NCBI GenBank assembly: GCA_035501175.1 | Contig: DATJWQ010000046.1 | Span: 9,701-73,700 of the forward strand | From: Verrucomicrobiia bacterium | GTDB taxonomy: Bacteria > Verrucomicrobiota > Verrucomicrobiia > Palsa-1439 | Direction: 5' to 3' | Length of the DNA stretch: 64,000 nt | Part shown: piece by piece, positions 1-9,871 of the stretch | Position numbering within the stretch: position 1 is the first letter of the stretch | Layout: every line of letters begins with the position of its first letter | The notes under the pieces: generated by a model | What the model was told of the DNA's origin: nothing | Database searches by the model: none | What the model saw: only the letters and a program-made list of their open reading frames with translations | Made by a program: the position numbers and the translations under genes

Positions 1-744
1 GAAGCCCTCGATACGCCTCAGCGGATCTCGGAGGAATTCGCCCGCACCGTGCTCGGCTCGTTCCTGTTTCGCGGCGATGACGTGTTCAAGTCGGTCGGCG
101 TGCTCAGCGGCGGCGAGAAGAGCCGGCTGGCGCTGGTCAAACTGCTCCTCGATCCGCCCAATCTGCTGTTGATGGATGAGCCGACCACACACCTCGACAT
201 GGCCAGCATCGATGCGTTGATCGCTGCCCTCGAATCATTTGAAGGCACGCTGATTTTCATCAGTCACGATGTCTATTTCATTCGCCAGCTCGCGCGGCAC
301 GTGTTGCATGTGAACAACGGCCAGCTCACGCCGTATCACGGCGATTACCAGTATTACCTCGATAAATCCGCCGCCAACGCCGCCGTCGCGCAGGCAGCCG
401 CTCCCGCCGCGCTCGCGGTTGATTCTCCACGGACGAAGGCCCGCGAACAGAAACGCCTCGAGGCCGAGGCGCGTCAGGCCCGGTCCCGCGAACGCCGTGC
501 TCAGGAACAGATCGTCAACCGTCTGGAAAAGGAGATCGCCCGCCTGGAACAGTTACAGAGAGAACTCGCTGCCGAATTGGAGAAGCCGGAAACGTACGAC
601 AAGCCCGGCCGCGCCGTGGCGATCAATCGTGAATTGAGCCATGTCACCGACGACCTCGCCCGGGCCGTCACCGACTGGGAACTAGCCGCTGCGCGACTCA
701 CCGAGTTGAACCCAGCATCGCCCCCTGGCGTCCCGGCGTCTTGA
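1..744 (+). CDS. ABC-F family ATP-binding cassette protein, C-terminal portion; the 5' end lies upstream of the window
   Basis: Reading frame is open from base 1. The translation shows an ABC signature (LSGGEKSRLAL), Walker B (LLLMDEPTTHLD), H-loop (FISHD) and a C-terminal charged coiled-coil tail, as in EttA/Uup-type ABC-F proteins. Confidence 0.8.
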   Translation, partial: EALDTPQRISEEFARTVLGSFLFRGDDVFKSVGVLSGGEKSRLALVKLLLDPPNLLLMDEPTTHLDMASIDALIAALESFEGTLIFISHDVYFIRQLARHVLHVNNGQLTPYHGDYQYYLDKSAANAAVAQAAAPAALAVDSPRTKAREQKRLEAEARQARSRERRAQEQIVNRLEKEIARLEQLQRELAAELEKPETYDKPGRAVAINRELSHVTDDLARAVTDWELAAARLTELNPASPPGVPAS

Positions 745-765
745 CGTGCTCGATCCGGTCGGTCT

Positions 766-1647
766 CTACTCCCAGAGTTTCTCCGGGTATTCGCTGCGGG
801 CGATGAGGCCGCGGATGCCAGCGGTGACGCGGGGCTTGTCCTGCTGGTAGGTGACACCGAACCACGATGACGGCGTGCGGAGTACCTTCACCCGGGCAAC
901 CCCGGTTTTGACGAGGTCATTGACAGTGGACGGAATAAAACACTCGCTCTTCATTTCCTGGCCGTGCCGCTGCATGAACTCGTCGAACCGTTCCCGAAGT
1001 TGGGCGAACACCCGCGGCGTGAATCCCCAGAAATTCATCGAGACCGGTTCGTCCCCGGTCAGGGGGCGGCCATCGGCCAGGACGCTGCTGCCCTGCCTCT
1101 CGATCTTGAGCAACTCCACGATCGTGCGCAGGTAATCGTCTGAATCGCACTCGCACACGCCGCGTGTGACGGCGCCATGTTCCGATAGCGTATTGCGCAA
1201 CGTATAGCCCACCATCGAGTAGTCCGCGGTCCCCATGCGGAGGAAACCGCCCATGACCTGGAATGATTCACGTCCGTAAAAATCATCGGCGTTGATCACC
1301 CCGAAAGGCTCGTTGATGAGGTCCTCAGCCTGGAGGATGGCATGGGTTGTCCCCCACGGCTTGATTCGCCCCTCCGGCACGGTGAATCCCTGGGGAAGAT
1401 TGGCTAGCTCCTGAAAAGCATAGTCGACGGCGATCCGTTTCTCGAACCGCCGCCCAACCGACTCGCGAAAGGGCGCTTCGATGTCGCGACGGATGATAAA
1501 CACCAGCCGCGCAAATCCCGCCCGCAGCGCGTCGTACACCGAATAATCGATGATCGTCTCGCCGTTGGGCCCAACGGGATCGATCTGCTTCAAGCCGCCG
1601 TAGCGGCTGCCCATACCCGCGGCCATGACCAAAAGTGTCGGTTGCAT
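766..1647 (-). CDS. sugar-phosphate nucleotidyltransferase (NTP_transferase fold)
   Basis: N-terminal motif LLVMAAGMGSRYGGLKQ fits the GxGxRxxxxxK nucleotidyltransferase signature. Start placed at the internal Met; the ORF extends to 1707. Confidence 0.6.
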   Translation of the reverse strand: MQPTLLVMAAGMGSRYGGLKQIDPVGPNGETIIDYSVYDALRAGFARLVFIIRRDIEAPFRESVGRRFEKRIAVDYAFQELANLPQGFTVPEGRIKPWGTTHAILQAEDLINEPFGVINADDFYGRESFQVMGGFLRMGTADYSMVGYTLRNTLSEHGAVTRGVCECDSDDYLRTIVELLKIERQGSSVLADGRPLTGDEPVSMNFWGFTPRVFAQLRERFDEFMQRHGQEMKSECFIPSTVNDLVKTGVARVKVLRTPSSWFGVTYQQDKPRVTAGIRGLIARSEYPEKLWE

Positions 1648-1848
1648 TCTCGCCTCAGAAATCGTTGCGCATCCGTTTTCCTTACTGTGCTGCGGGGAAT
1701 CCGTCAAGGACGACTTCGAGTGGAGGCATTTGCGGCGTCGGGGCTTACGGAGTGTGGAAAATCGTGTCGTTAACGATAACGGCGTTGACTTTGGCGGGGA
1801 ATTCTTTCACCCTTGAACCGGGATTTGACAGCGAGGGATTGAGACCTC

Positions 1849-3276
1849 ATGAGATTTTGGAACCGACTTGGTGTCTGCGGCTGGAGCTTGGCAATCGTTT
1901 GCACGCTCACTTTTACCGGCTGCGGCACGCCTCCTCCGTCTAATGGCCGCGTCGAGATCTCCTACTGGGAGAAGTGGATCGGATTTGAAGACGACGCCAT
2001 GCAGGCCGTCATCGACGATTTCAATCGTTCGCAAAACCACATCTTCGTCCGCAAACTCGCCGGCATTGGCGAAGTCGAACGCAAACTGATGCTCGCGACC
2101 GCCGGCGGCGACCCGCCCGATGTCGCCGGAGTCTGGCCGACCACGGTAACGGCGTTCTCAGAGAAGGGCGCGCTGACCCCGCTCGACAAGTTCATCAACG
2201 AGGCGGGCATCAAGCGTGAGGACTATATCCCCGTCTTTTGGGACATGTGTTCGTATCACGGATTCATGTGGGCCCTGCCCAGCACGCCAACCTCGCTCGC
2301 GTTGCATTGGAACAAGAAACTGTTTCGCGAGGCGGGGCTTGACCCCGACCGGCCACCGCACAGTCTCGACGAGTTGGAAGCGATGTCCGAGCGGCTGACG
2401 ATTGTGGAGATCAAACGCGGCGACAAAATCGTGCGCGTGCATTATCCCGATCTGACCCCCGCCGAAAAGCAGGCCAAGAATTTCAAGCTGGTGCAGGTCG
2501 GGCACGACCCACAGCAGCCGGGCTGGTGGATGCCGATGTGGGTTTATTGGTTTGGCGGCAACCTGTGGGACGGCGAGCGGCACATCACCGCCAACACGCC
2601 CGAGATGATCGAAACCTTCCGCTGGCTCCGTTCTCAGTCGGAGAAGTACGGTGTCGATAATCGACGGGCCTTCGGCGCCTCGTTCGGGAATTTCCAGTCG
2701 CCGCAAAACCCGTTTTTCTCCGACCAGATCGCGATGACGTTGCAGGGCGTGTGGATGTACAACTTCATCAGCAAGTACGCGCCGCAGATGGACTGGGGGG
2801 CCGCGCCGTTCCCGGCGAAAGACCCCGCGCGATTCCCGCTGGTCACGATTGTGGACGAGGACGTGCTGGTGATCCCGATGGGCGCGAAGCATCCGCGGGA
2901 GGCGTTCGAGTTCATTCGGTATGTGAATCAACAAGGGCCGATGGAGAAACTTTGCCTGGGCCAGCGCAAGTTCAGTCCGCTGGCAAAGGTCAGCGATGGT
3001 TTTTACAAGCAACACCCGAATCCGTACATCAAGGAGTTCGTGGAGTTGGCCAAAAGTCCGGGCGCGCGGTATGAGCCGCGGTTCGCGATCTGGGGCGCGT
3101 ACAACGACGAGATGAATGCGGCGATCGACCGGATCATGGCGTTGGAAGCGACGCCAGAAGAAGTGGTCGGGCCGGTGCAGGCGCGCGTGCAGTGGAAGCT
3201 GGATCGGATGCTGACGCGCTGGGACCTGGTCAAGGACTGGCGGATGAAAGAGTGGAGCGACTATGACCCGCGGTGA
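1849..3276 (+). CDS. carbohydrate ABC transporter substrate-binding lipoprotein (solute-binding family 1)
   Basis: Lipoprotein signal with lipobox LTFTGC. Length (475 aa) and composition are typical of sugar-binding proteins, and it is followed by two MalFG-type permease genes. Confidence 0.85.
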   Translation: MRFWNRLGVCGWSLAIVCTLTFTGCGTPPPSNGRVEISYWEKWIGFEDDAMQAVIDDFNRSQNHIFVRKLAGIGEVERKLMLATAGGDPPDVAGVWPTTVTAFSEKGALTPLDKFINEAGIKREDYIPVFWDMCSYHGFMWALPSTPTSLALHWNKKLFREAGLDPDRPPHSLDELEAMSERLTIVEIKRGDKIVRVHYPDLTPAEKQAKNFKLVQVGHDPQQPGWWMPMWVYWFGGNLWDGERHITANTPEMIETFRWLRSQSEKYGVDNRRAFGASFGNFQSPQNPFFSDQIAMTLQGVWMYNFISKYAPQMDWGAAPFPAKDPARFPLVTIVDEDVLVIPMGAKHPREAFEFIRYVNQQGPMEKLCLGQRKFSPLAKVSDGFYKQHPNPYIKEFVELAKSPGARYEPRFAIWGAYNDEMNAAIDRIMALEATPEEVVGPVQARVQWKLDRMLTRWDLVKDWRMKEWSDYDPR

Positions 3277-4147
3277 GAAACGCAATCTGGGGATCGGATT
3301 GGCGTTCATCAGCCCGTGGATCATCGGGTTTCTCGCGTTCACCGTTTTTCCGGTGTGCGCGTCGATCTTCTATTCGTTCTGCGATTACGACGTGCTGTCG
3401 AAGCCGGTCTGGGTCGGCACGTTGAATTATCGGGACATGGTCACGGACACCGTGTTCTGGCAGTCGCTGTACAACACGCTGTATTACGCGTTCCTCTCGT
3501 TGCCGTTCTGCCTGATCATCGCGTTGTTGATCGCCGTGATGCTCAACCAGGAAGTGAAAGGACGATCAATTTTTCGGACGGTTTACTTCCTGCCCTCGCT
3601 CGTGCCCGTGGTGGCGAGCTCGATGGTCTGGCTCTGGATTCTCAACGGCAACTTCGGCCTGCTCAATCATGCGCTCGAACTGATTCACATCAAAGGTCCG
3701 CAATGGCTCGCCGACGAGAAATGGACCAAGCCCTCGCTGATCCTCATGGCGATGTGGGGGTGCGGCAACACGATGGTGATCTATCTGGCCGCGTTGCAGG
3801 ACGTGCCCCGCTCGTTGTATGAGTCGGCCGAGATCGACGGCGCCAATCCGTGGGTGAAATTCCGCCACATCACCGTGCCGATGATTTCGCCCGTGATCTA
3901 TTTCAATCTCATCATGGGCATCATCGGCTCGCTGCAGGTGTTCGCCCAGGCGTACATCATGCTCGGCGGCGGCGGGCCGAATCGGTCGGCGCTGTTTTAC
4001 ACGGTCTACCTGTACCAGAACGCCTTCGATTATCAGCAGATGGGCTACGCGTGCGCCATGGCGTGGGTCCTGTTCGTGATTATCCTGGGGCTGACCTGGC
4101 TGGCGACGCGGACGACGCGCCGGCACATTTATTACGAGGGAGAATAA
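3263..4147 (+). CDS. carbohydrate ABC transporter permease (MalF/UgpA-like)
   Basis: Six-TM protein with a conserved EAA-type loop (SAEIDGANPWVKFRHITVPM). Overlaps the end of the binding-protein gene. Confidence 0.85.
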   Translation: MTRGEKRNLGIGLAFISPWIIGFLAFTVFPVCASIFYSFCDYDVLSKPVWVGTLNYRDMVTDTVFWQSLYNTLYYAFLSLPFCLIIALLIAVMLNQEVKGRSIFRTVYFLPSLVPVVASSMVWLWILNGNFGLLNHALELIHIKGPQWLADEKWTKPSLILMAMWGCGNTMVIYLAALQDVPRSLYESAEIDGANPWVKFRHITVPMISPVIYFNLIMGIIGSLQVFAQAYIMLGGGGPNRSALFYTVYLYQNAFDYQQMGYACAMAWVLFVIILGLTWLATRTTRRHIYYEGE

Positions 4148-4151
4148 CCCA

Positions 4152-5069
4152 ATGCGATTTGTCCAACGCCTGATGCTGTACCTCCTGCTCGTGCTTGGGG
4201 CGGTCACCTGCCTGGTGCCGTTGCTGTGGATGATTTCCACGGGATTGAAACCGATCGAGCAAACCATGTCCCTCCCGCCAACGTGGATCCCGTACCGGCT
4301 CTACGTCGAGAAGAACGGCACGCTCACGGAAATCCCTCAGGCCGATATCGATAAGTATCCGGCCGACAAGATCGTGAAGAAATTCGCGCCGCGCTGGGAG
4401 AATTTTGCCGGTGCCATCCGCGCGATGCGCATCTTCTGGACGTGTCTGCGCAATACGCTCGTGTTGTGCGTGCTCACCGTCATCGGCACCGTCGCGTCGA
4501 GTTCGCTCGCGGCGTATGGATTTGCGCGAGTGGACTGGCGTGGACGGGACAAGGTGTTCATGGTCTGCCTGGCGACGATGATGATCCCGTTTCCCGTGGT
4601 GATGGTGCCGGTGTACTGTCTGTTCCGCTGGCTGGGCTGGATCGGCACGCTCAAGCCCTTGTGGGTCGGCTCGTTTTTTGCCGGGGCGTTCAACGTGTTT
4701 CTGCTGCGGCAGTTTTTCCTGACCATTCCGAAAGACCTGGCCGAGGCGGCGCGCATTGATGGCTGCAGCGAGTTCCGCATTTTCTGGCAGATCATCCTGC
4801 CGTTGTGCCGGCCCGCGCTGATGGTCGTCGCGCTGTTTCAGTTCATGTACACGTGGAATGATTTTCTCGGGCCGTTGATCTATCTCACCAAGCAGGAAGA
4901 CTACACACTCGCGCTGGGCCTGCAATTTTTCCAGAGCGAGCACGGCGGGACGGAGTGGCATTATCTGATGGCCGCCAGCACGCTCGTCGCCCTGCCGATC
5001 ATCATCCTGTTCTTCTTCACCCAAAAGACCTTCATCGAGGGCATCTCGATGACGGGAATCAAGGGGTGA
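4152..5069 (+). CDS. carbohydrate ABC transporter permease (MalG/UgpE-like)
   Basis: EAA loop AARIDGCSEFRIFWQIILP; multi-TM; immediately downstream of the first permease gene. Confidence 0.85.
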   Translation: MRFVQRLMLYLLLVLGAVTCLVPLLWMISTGLKPIEQTMSLPPTWIPYRLYVEKNGTLTEIPQADIDKYPADKIVKKFAPRWENFAGAIRAMRIFWTCLRNTLVLCVLTVIGTVASSSLAAYGFARVDWRGRDKVFMVCLATMMIPFPVVMVPVYCLFRWLGWIGTLKPLWVGSFFAGAFNVFLLRQFFLTIPKDLAEAARIDGCSEFRIFWQIILPLCRPALMVVALFQFMYTWNDFLGPLIYLTKQEDYTLALGLQFFQSEHGGTEWHYLMAASTLVALPIIILFFFTQKTFIEGISMTGIKG

Positions 5070-5543
5070 AGGGTTGTCTCGATCAGCCGCAATGATGTAG
5101 CTCTCCGCCCATAGGGTCCTCGTTACAGAATTGTCCACGGTTGAGGGCCGAAGCCCCGTCATTCCTTGCAAAAACGTCAACGCGATCTTTTGCATCCGTG
5201 AGACTTACCGTAACGACGTCGCCGTCGGGACTGTCAAACGGCGTAATGGCGTTTTGAACGGGTTCCCGGCACGGGGGATGCAGGGCGAGAACGGGATGTT
5301 TCGTCAACAAAGTATTATGAAGCGGATTTTGGACGGCTCGGAACCGAAGAACGCCTGCACGGTGGCGCGCGCGACAGCCGCGCACGCGGCATATACGTCG
5401 CCCATCGCAACTCTGGCGACAGAACCTGCAATCCGACCGCAGTTCGCGCCCCCCGTGTCCCTTCACCCCGGGCCGTCCACGGAGTTTTCGGTCGCGGTGG
5501 GGGAGAGATCTGCCGCGTAACAATCGAGTCAAGGAATGAATTT

Positions 5544-6293
5544 ATGAGCGTGGCAGACGAGCCGGCGACCAGAAATGATGCGCTGCGGGCCGAGGTAAGG
5601 AAAAGTTCACTGGAAGAAGTTCGTCCCGCGATGGCGCCGGTCCGGCTGGCGTTACAGGCGGTTGCGAAGCATCCGAATGACCCGGCGAAGTTGAGCCAGT
5701 TGTTCGAGCGGGTGCAAGACTTGCGTGGCAACCCGATTCTGACGAGGCTCCCCACCATCGCTCGCATGGTGAATGCGTTCGAGGGATTGTTGCGTCAGTT
5801 GGTGGACAAGCCCGACTGCCTCAACCAATCCGTCCAGCGCACGATGGCACAGACCGTGGACCTGTTGTGCCGGTTGTTTGACGGCGATGGCCGCGAAGTC
5901 GATCTTCTCACCGTGCGCGTGCTGGCGGTTGATGACCAGCAGATTGCGCTGCGATCCGTGATGAACGCGCTGGAGAAGGCCAGCCTGAAATCGCAGGCGT
6001 TGTCCGACCCGAGCGCGGCGCTCAGCGTGGCGCAGGAGTGGGAGTTTGATTTGATCGTGCTCGACCTGGAGATGCCCGTGATGACGGGTCTGGAGCTGTG
6101 CGCCAGGCTGCGCGTCTTGCCCAACTACAAGACGACGCCGATTGTGTTCGTCACCAGCGCGACGGATTTCCAGCATCGGGCCGAAATCTGCCGCAGCGGG
6201 GGCAATGATGTCATTGCCAAGCCGTTTCTGGCGACGGAGCTCGCGCTCAAGGCTCTCACCCTGATTGTGAAGTCGCGGACGATCGCTGACTGA
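5544..6293 (+). CDS. response regulator: C-terminal receiver domain preceded by an Hpt-like alpha-helical N-terminal domain
   Basis: Receiver hallmarks VLAVDDQQIAL ... DLIVLDLEMPVMTGLEL ... TTPIVFVTS ... AKPF. The N-terminal 120 aa are helical with a candidate phospho-His region (AVAKHPNDPAKL). Confidence 0.7.
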   Translation: MSVADEPATRNDALRAEVRKSSLEEVRPAMAPVRLALQAVAKHPNDPAKLSQLFERVQDLRGNPILTRLPTIARMVNAFEGLLRQLVDKPDCLNQSVQRTMAQTVDLLCRLFDGDGREVDLLTVRVLAVDDQQIALRSVMNALEKASLKSQALSDPSAALSVAQEWEFDLIVLDLEMPVMTGLELCARLRVLPNYKTTPIVFVTSATDFQHRAEICRSGGNDVIAKPFLATELALKALTLIVKSRTIAD

Positions 6294-6397
6294 GCAAGGC
6301 GCCAGTCTTTACGACCGCAGTTCGAGCGCTTGTTTCTCTCTACGCGTGTTGACGTCTCGCGGAGGCGATGGGTAGACTTGCCCGGCAAGCTCTCTGA

Positions 6398-7525
6398 ATG
6401 ACCGACAGCGCCATCATTCGACCGACACGTACGCCATGGGGATTTCTGGCGTTCAACTTCGTTCTCTCGCGGCTGTTTCTCCTCACGGTGGCCAGGTTGG
6501 GTCTGCTGCTGTTCCAGAAAGGGGCGTTCTATACCCCACCAGGTTCGATTCTCGACTGGCTCAAGCAATGGGACTCTGGATGGTACCTGGGCATTGCGCA
6601 GAATGGATACAGGTACGTGCCTGGCCGGCAGTGCAATGTGGTGTTCTTCCCGCTGTACCCCATTCTAATGAGATGGCTTGCGTTCGGAGGTATGATCGAC
6701 TACCGCCTGATCGGTTATTTCATCTCCAACAGCAGCTTGTTTTTCGCGGCGGTGGTACTGTGGAAGCTGGCGGTGATCGAGATGCCGGATGAATCGTCCG
6801 CCCGGCGTGTCGTGCAGCTTGTGCTCTTCAATCCGGCGACCGTGTTCTACTCCTCAATTTACTCGGAATCCTTGTACCTGCTCTGTTTGGTGAGCACGCT
6901 GTACCTGGCCCGGGTGGAACGCTGGCTGTTGGCTGCGGTGTGCGCGTACGCTACGGGATTATCGCGGGTCGTGGGGCTGCTGCTCGTAATTCCACTGATC
7001 TGTGAGTACGTTCTTCAAAACCGTCGTGACTGGACCTGGCGCAACCTCAAAGCCTGGCGCGCGCTGGCCTGCATTGCGGCACCGGGGTTGGGATTCTTGA
7101 CCTATGTCGGATACCTTGATCGGACGTTTGGCGAGCCGCTGGCATTTATCAAGGCCGAGGTGGCTTGGGGAAGGAAACTCGTGTGGCCGTGGGTGCCGTT
7201 TCGCCACCTTGGCTGGTACGATCCGCCGTACGCGATTCTGTTTGTGTGCACCGCCATAATTGCGCTGGCCCTGCTTTTCGTTGCCGCGCGATGGCGGATG
7301 CGTCCCACATATCTTCTGGTTCTCGTGATCTTCCCCGCGATTTGCGTCTCCAGCAGCCGGCTGGAATCTCTCCCGCGCTACTTCTCCGTGCTGTTCCCGT
7401 TCTATTTCGTGCTCGCCCTGATAACTCGGAAATGGCCGCACTTGGCCGGGCCCCTATTCGTGCTGTTTGGAGGACTTCAGGTAATGGCGACCATCCTGTT
7501 TGTGAACGGGTACTGGTTCACGTGA
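6398..7525 (+). CDS. GT-C fold membrane mannosyltransferase-like protein (PIG-V / GT76-like)
   Basis: Motif WDSGWYLGIAQNGY followed by FFPLYP matches the PIG-V/Gpi18 mannosyltransferase signature (WDaehFl.IAehGY ... FFPLYP). About 10 predicted TM helices. Confidence 0.65.
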   Translation: MTDSAIIRPTRTPWGFLAFNFVLSRLFLLTVARLGLLLFQKGAFYTPPGSILDWLKQWDSGWYLGIAQNGYRYVPGRQCNVVFFPLYPILMRWLAFGGMIDYRLIGYFISNSSLFFAAVVLWKLAVIEMPDESSARRVVQLVLFNPATVFYSSIYSESLYLLCLVSTLYLARVERWLLAAVCAYATGLSRVVGLLLVIPLICEYVLQNRRDWTWRNLKAWRALACIAAPGLGFLTYVGYLDRTFGEPLAFIKAEVAWGRKLVWPWVPFRHLGWYDPPYAILFVCTAIIALALLFVAARWRMRPTYLLVLVIFPAICVSSSRLESLPRYFSVLFPFYFVLALITRKWPHLAGPLFVLFGGLQVMATILFVNGYWFT

Positions 7526-8546
7526 CCGCAGGGCGAGAGCGAATGTCATCCCCGGCTGCCAACGCCCGTTGCACGGCTGACGCTACCTCGCTCACCGTGA
7601 TCGCCGAGAAAGATCGTCGCCAGTAGCTCTTGCGCGACTCCCAGTGTTTGCGGCGGATGGGCTTTGTTACGATGATCGCCCGGTCGGTCAGGGGACGCCA
7701 GCGCGTCGGGCCGTAGAGCGGCGTGGTGCGTCCGAAGATTACCACGACGGGACAGCCGACTGCCGCTGCCAAGTGGCTCGGACCGGTGTCCCGAGTGACC
7801 AGCACACGCGCGTGCTTCAATAGCCAAGCCAATTCCGCCAGGTCCGTTCGGCCGGTCAGATTGAGGTGGTGCGCCGGGGCATTGGCGGGGGAATCGGCTG
7901 CGTCCGCGCCCACGAACACGAGCTTCAGATGCAGTTCCTGGTCGATCCAATCGGCCAGATGCAGGAAGTTCTCGGCGGGCCAGCGGGCGATCAGGGAATG
8001 GGCCGATGGATTCACCACAGCAAACGGGGTTGAAGGGAGTGGCCACGGCAGTTTCGCGCCAAGCGAGGCGAGCGCCGATTCTGGAAGATGGACGCTGGGA
8101 ATGAAACGGTCTGGAGATGGCACCCCGATAAGAGCCAACAGATCGAAGTTGTACGCCGCTTCATGTTTCATGCCCCTGGCACGTCGATCGGGCAGTCCGT
8201 GCGTGAGATATCGGGTCAGGAAACGCTCATGGTAGCCGATACGAACGGGTATGTTCGCCTGGTACGCGCCACAGTAGCATTCCGCATCAGGGTGAAGATG
8301 AATGACAGCATCGAATGCCAACTTCGCAAGGCACGTTGGATCGGAGAGGAAGCCGTCGAGATCCGGATGGCCATCGAACAGCGGGCGCATCCGTTCCGCC
8401 GCGAAGAAATAGAGCGTAGCGCGCGGAAAGCGCTGGCGAATCGGGGCGATACAGGAGGTCGAAATGATCACGTCGCCGACGCGATCGGGACGGGCGACAA
8501 GCAATCGCGGGGCATCAGGCAGCGTTAATCTCGTGGAGCAGGGCAT
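7518..8546 (-). CDS. glycosyltransferase family 9 (ADP-heptose:LPS heptosyltransferase-like)
   Basis: N-terminal LLVARPDRVGDVIISTS and C-terminal VTRDTGPSHLAAAVGCPVVVIFG motifs are typical of GT9 WaaC/WaaF-type enzymes. Confidence 0.8.
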   Translation of the reverse strand: MPCSTRLTLPDAPRLLVARPDRVGDVIISTSCIAPIRQRFPRATLYFFAAERMRPLFDGHPDLDGFLSDPTCLAKLAFDAVIHLHPDAECYCGAYQANIPVRIGYHERFLTRYLTHGLPDRRARGMKHEAAYNFDLLALIGVPSPDRFIPSVHLPESALASLGAKLPWPLPSTPFAVVNPSAHSLIARWPAENFLHLADWIDQELHLKLVFVGADAADSPANAPAHHLNLTGRTDLAELAWLLKHARVLVTRDTGPSHLAAAVGCPVVVIFGRTTPLYGPTRWRPLTDRAIIVTKPIRRKHWESRKSYWRRSFSAITVSEVASAVQRALAAGDDIRSRPAVT

Positions 8547-9696
8547 TCGTGTAATCGTCCCAGGAACGGAAGCGTCGCTGCCGGGCTTCGGCGAAAAGCC
8601 GGTCGTAAAGGGCGCGGTCGGTGAGCAACTGCCGCATCCCGTCGGCGACCGCGTTGGTGTCAGCGCAGGTGACCGTCAGGCAACCGCCTCCTGCCGAGAC
8701 TTCGCCGAGCGCGCCGTTGGCGCCGCAGACGCAGGGGCGTCCATGCCACAAGCTTTCGAGAATGGGCAATCCGAATCCTTCGCGCACGGACGGATACACC
8801 GTGAATGAGCAGTCATGGTAGGCCTGATGAAGAGCCTGGTCGCTGATGTGGCGCAGCCATTTCAGCGGGCGTCCCTGGTCCACCAAACGGTTGGCCTCCG
8901 TGAGAACCGTCGCGCCCCAGTCCGCCGTCATCCGTCCGACGAGAACCAATTCGAAGTCGAGGCCGCCGGCCCAAAGGGTCTCGGCCGCTTCCAGCAATTT
9001 CAAATGATTCTTGCGCCGCTCCAGCGTGGCGACGCAGAGGATTCGTCGCGTGTCGAAACGGGGCAGGGCGTCCGGTCGGTCTTTTCCGAAATCGGTGGGC
9101 CAACCCAGCACGGCAGTCGGCATGCGCGAGACTCCCAGGGATGTCCAATAATGCTGCAGATCATTCTCCACCTCGCAGGAGACGCAAACGACCTTGTCGA
9201 ACGCTCCGAGAGCCCGAACATACTCGGCGAAATTGGGCTGATGATCCTGCGCGGTCAGATCGGGCAGACGCAGGGCGATGGCGTCGTGAAACACGGCGTA
9301 ACATCGCCCCGGGAAACGTCTTGCGGGAGCCGTAAACTGATGGATACGTTTGTCCCGAAAGATCTCCGGTACGAACAACACGTCGTCGGTTGTCGCGGCG
9401 ATTTCCAGAGCGAATTGTCGTTTTCGATTACGAAAGTGGCGGATGGTTTTCGACCACGGGAATCGAATGACGACCTGTTCCGGTTTGGCGCTCGGGGCGC
9501 GGTGGCGGGCAAAGGGTTTCACGAGAAAGCGATGTTCGCGCGAGGACAGACGGCAGTAGGAATTCAGTTTGTCATTCCAGAGAATCGGCACCACGGCTGT
9601 GCGGCGACTGAGCGCGGCAAAGAGACCGCGCACCATTCGTTGCACGCCGGTGTTCAATGGCGACTTACAGGAACTGGAGACATCCAGGTAGAGCAC
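8515..9696 (-). CDS. glycosyltransferase family 4
   Basis: GT4 C-terminal motif REGFGLPILESLWHGRPCVCG and an E(x7)E-like region. Overlaps the GT9 gene on the same strand. Confidence 0.75.
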   Translation of the reverse strand: MLYLDVSSSCKSPLNTGVQRMVRGLFAALSRRTAVVPILWNDKLNSYCRLSSREHRFLVKPFARHRAPSAKPEQVVIRFPWSKTIRHFRNRKRQFALEIAATTDDVLFVPEIFRDKRIHQFTAPARRFPGRCYAVFHDAIALRLPDLTAQDHQPNFAEYVRALGAFDKVVCVSCEVENDLQHYWTSLGVSRMPTAVLGWPTDFGKDRPDALPRFDTRRILCVATLERRKNHLKLLEAAETLWAGGLDFELVLVGRMTADWGATVLTEANRLVDQGRPLKWLRHISDQALHQAYHDCSFTVYPSVREGFGLPILESLWHGRPCVCGANGALGEVSAGGGCLTVTCADTNAVADGMRQLLTDRALYDRLFAEARQRRFRSWDDYTNALLHEINAA

Positions 9697-9871
9697 GATT
9701 GATTATAGTGGTGGGCGCAATCGCGTGGCAAGAGGGCCCTTGTTGCCCGGACGGGAGCCGCGCGGACGTTGAATTATCTTGTTCGACGGCAGAGCGTTTG
9801 GCAGTATCCCCGGGCGAAGCACGGAGGTTATCTGATTCATTGGCGCAGCCGGAGACTGTGATACACAGGAC
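9697..9871. promoter_or_regulatory. divergent intergenic region between the GT4/GT9 operon (minus) and the Wzt-led biosynthesis operon (plus); probable divergent promoters
   Basis: 175-bp non-coding gap between divergent gene starts at 9696 (minus) and 9872 (plus). No sigma-factor box could be identified by eye. Confidence 0.3.

Noticed and set aside
2158-3342. 394-aa minus-strand ORF overlapping the substrate-binding-protein gene
   Set aside because: Arg/His/Pro-rich antisense frame of a well-supported plus-strand gene.
4080-5195. 371-aa minus-strand ORF opposite the second permease gene
   Set aside because: Antisense of a strongly supported permease gene; highly charged, repetitive composition.
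5083-5540. Short ORFs on both strands between the ABC permease gene and the response regulator gene
   Set aside because: No protein-like composition or start signals; probably an intergenic regulatory region.
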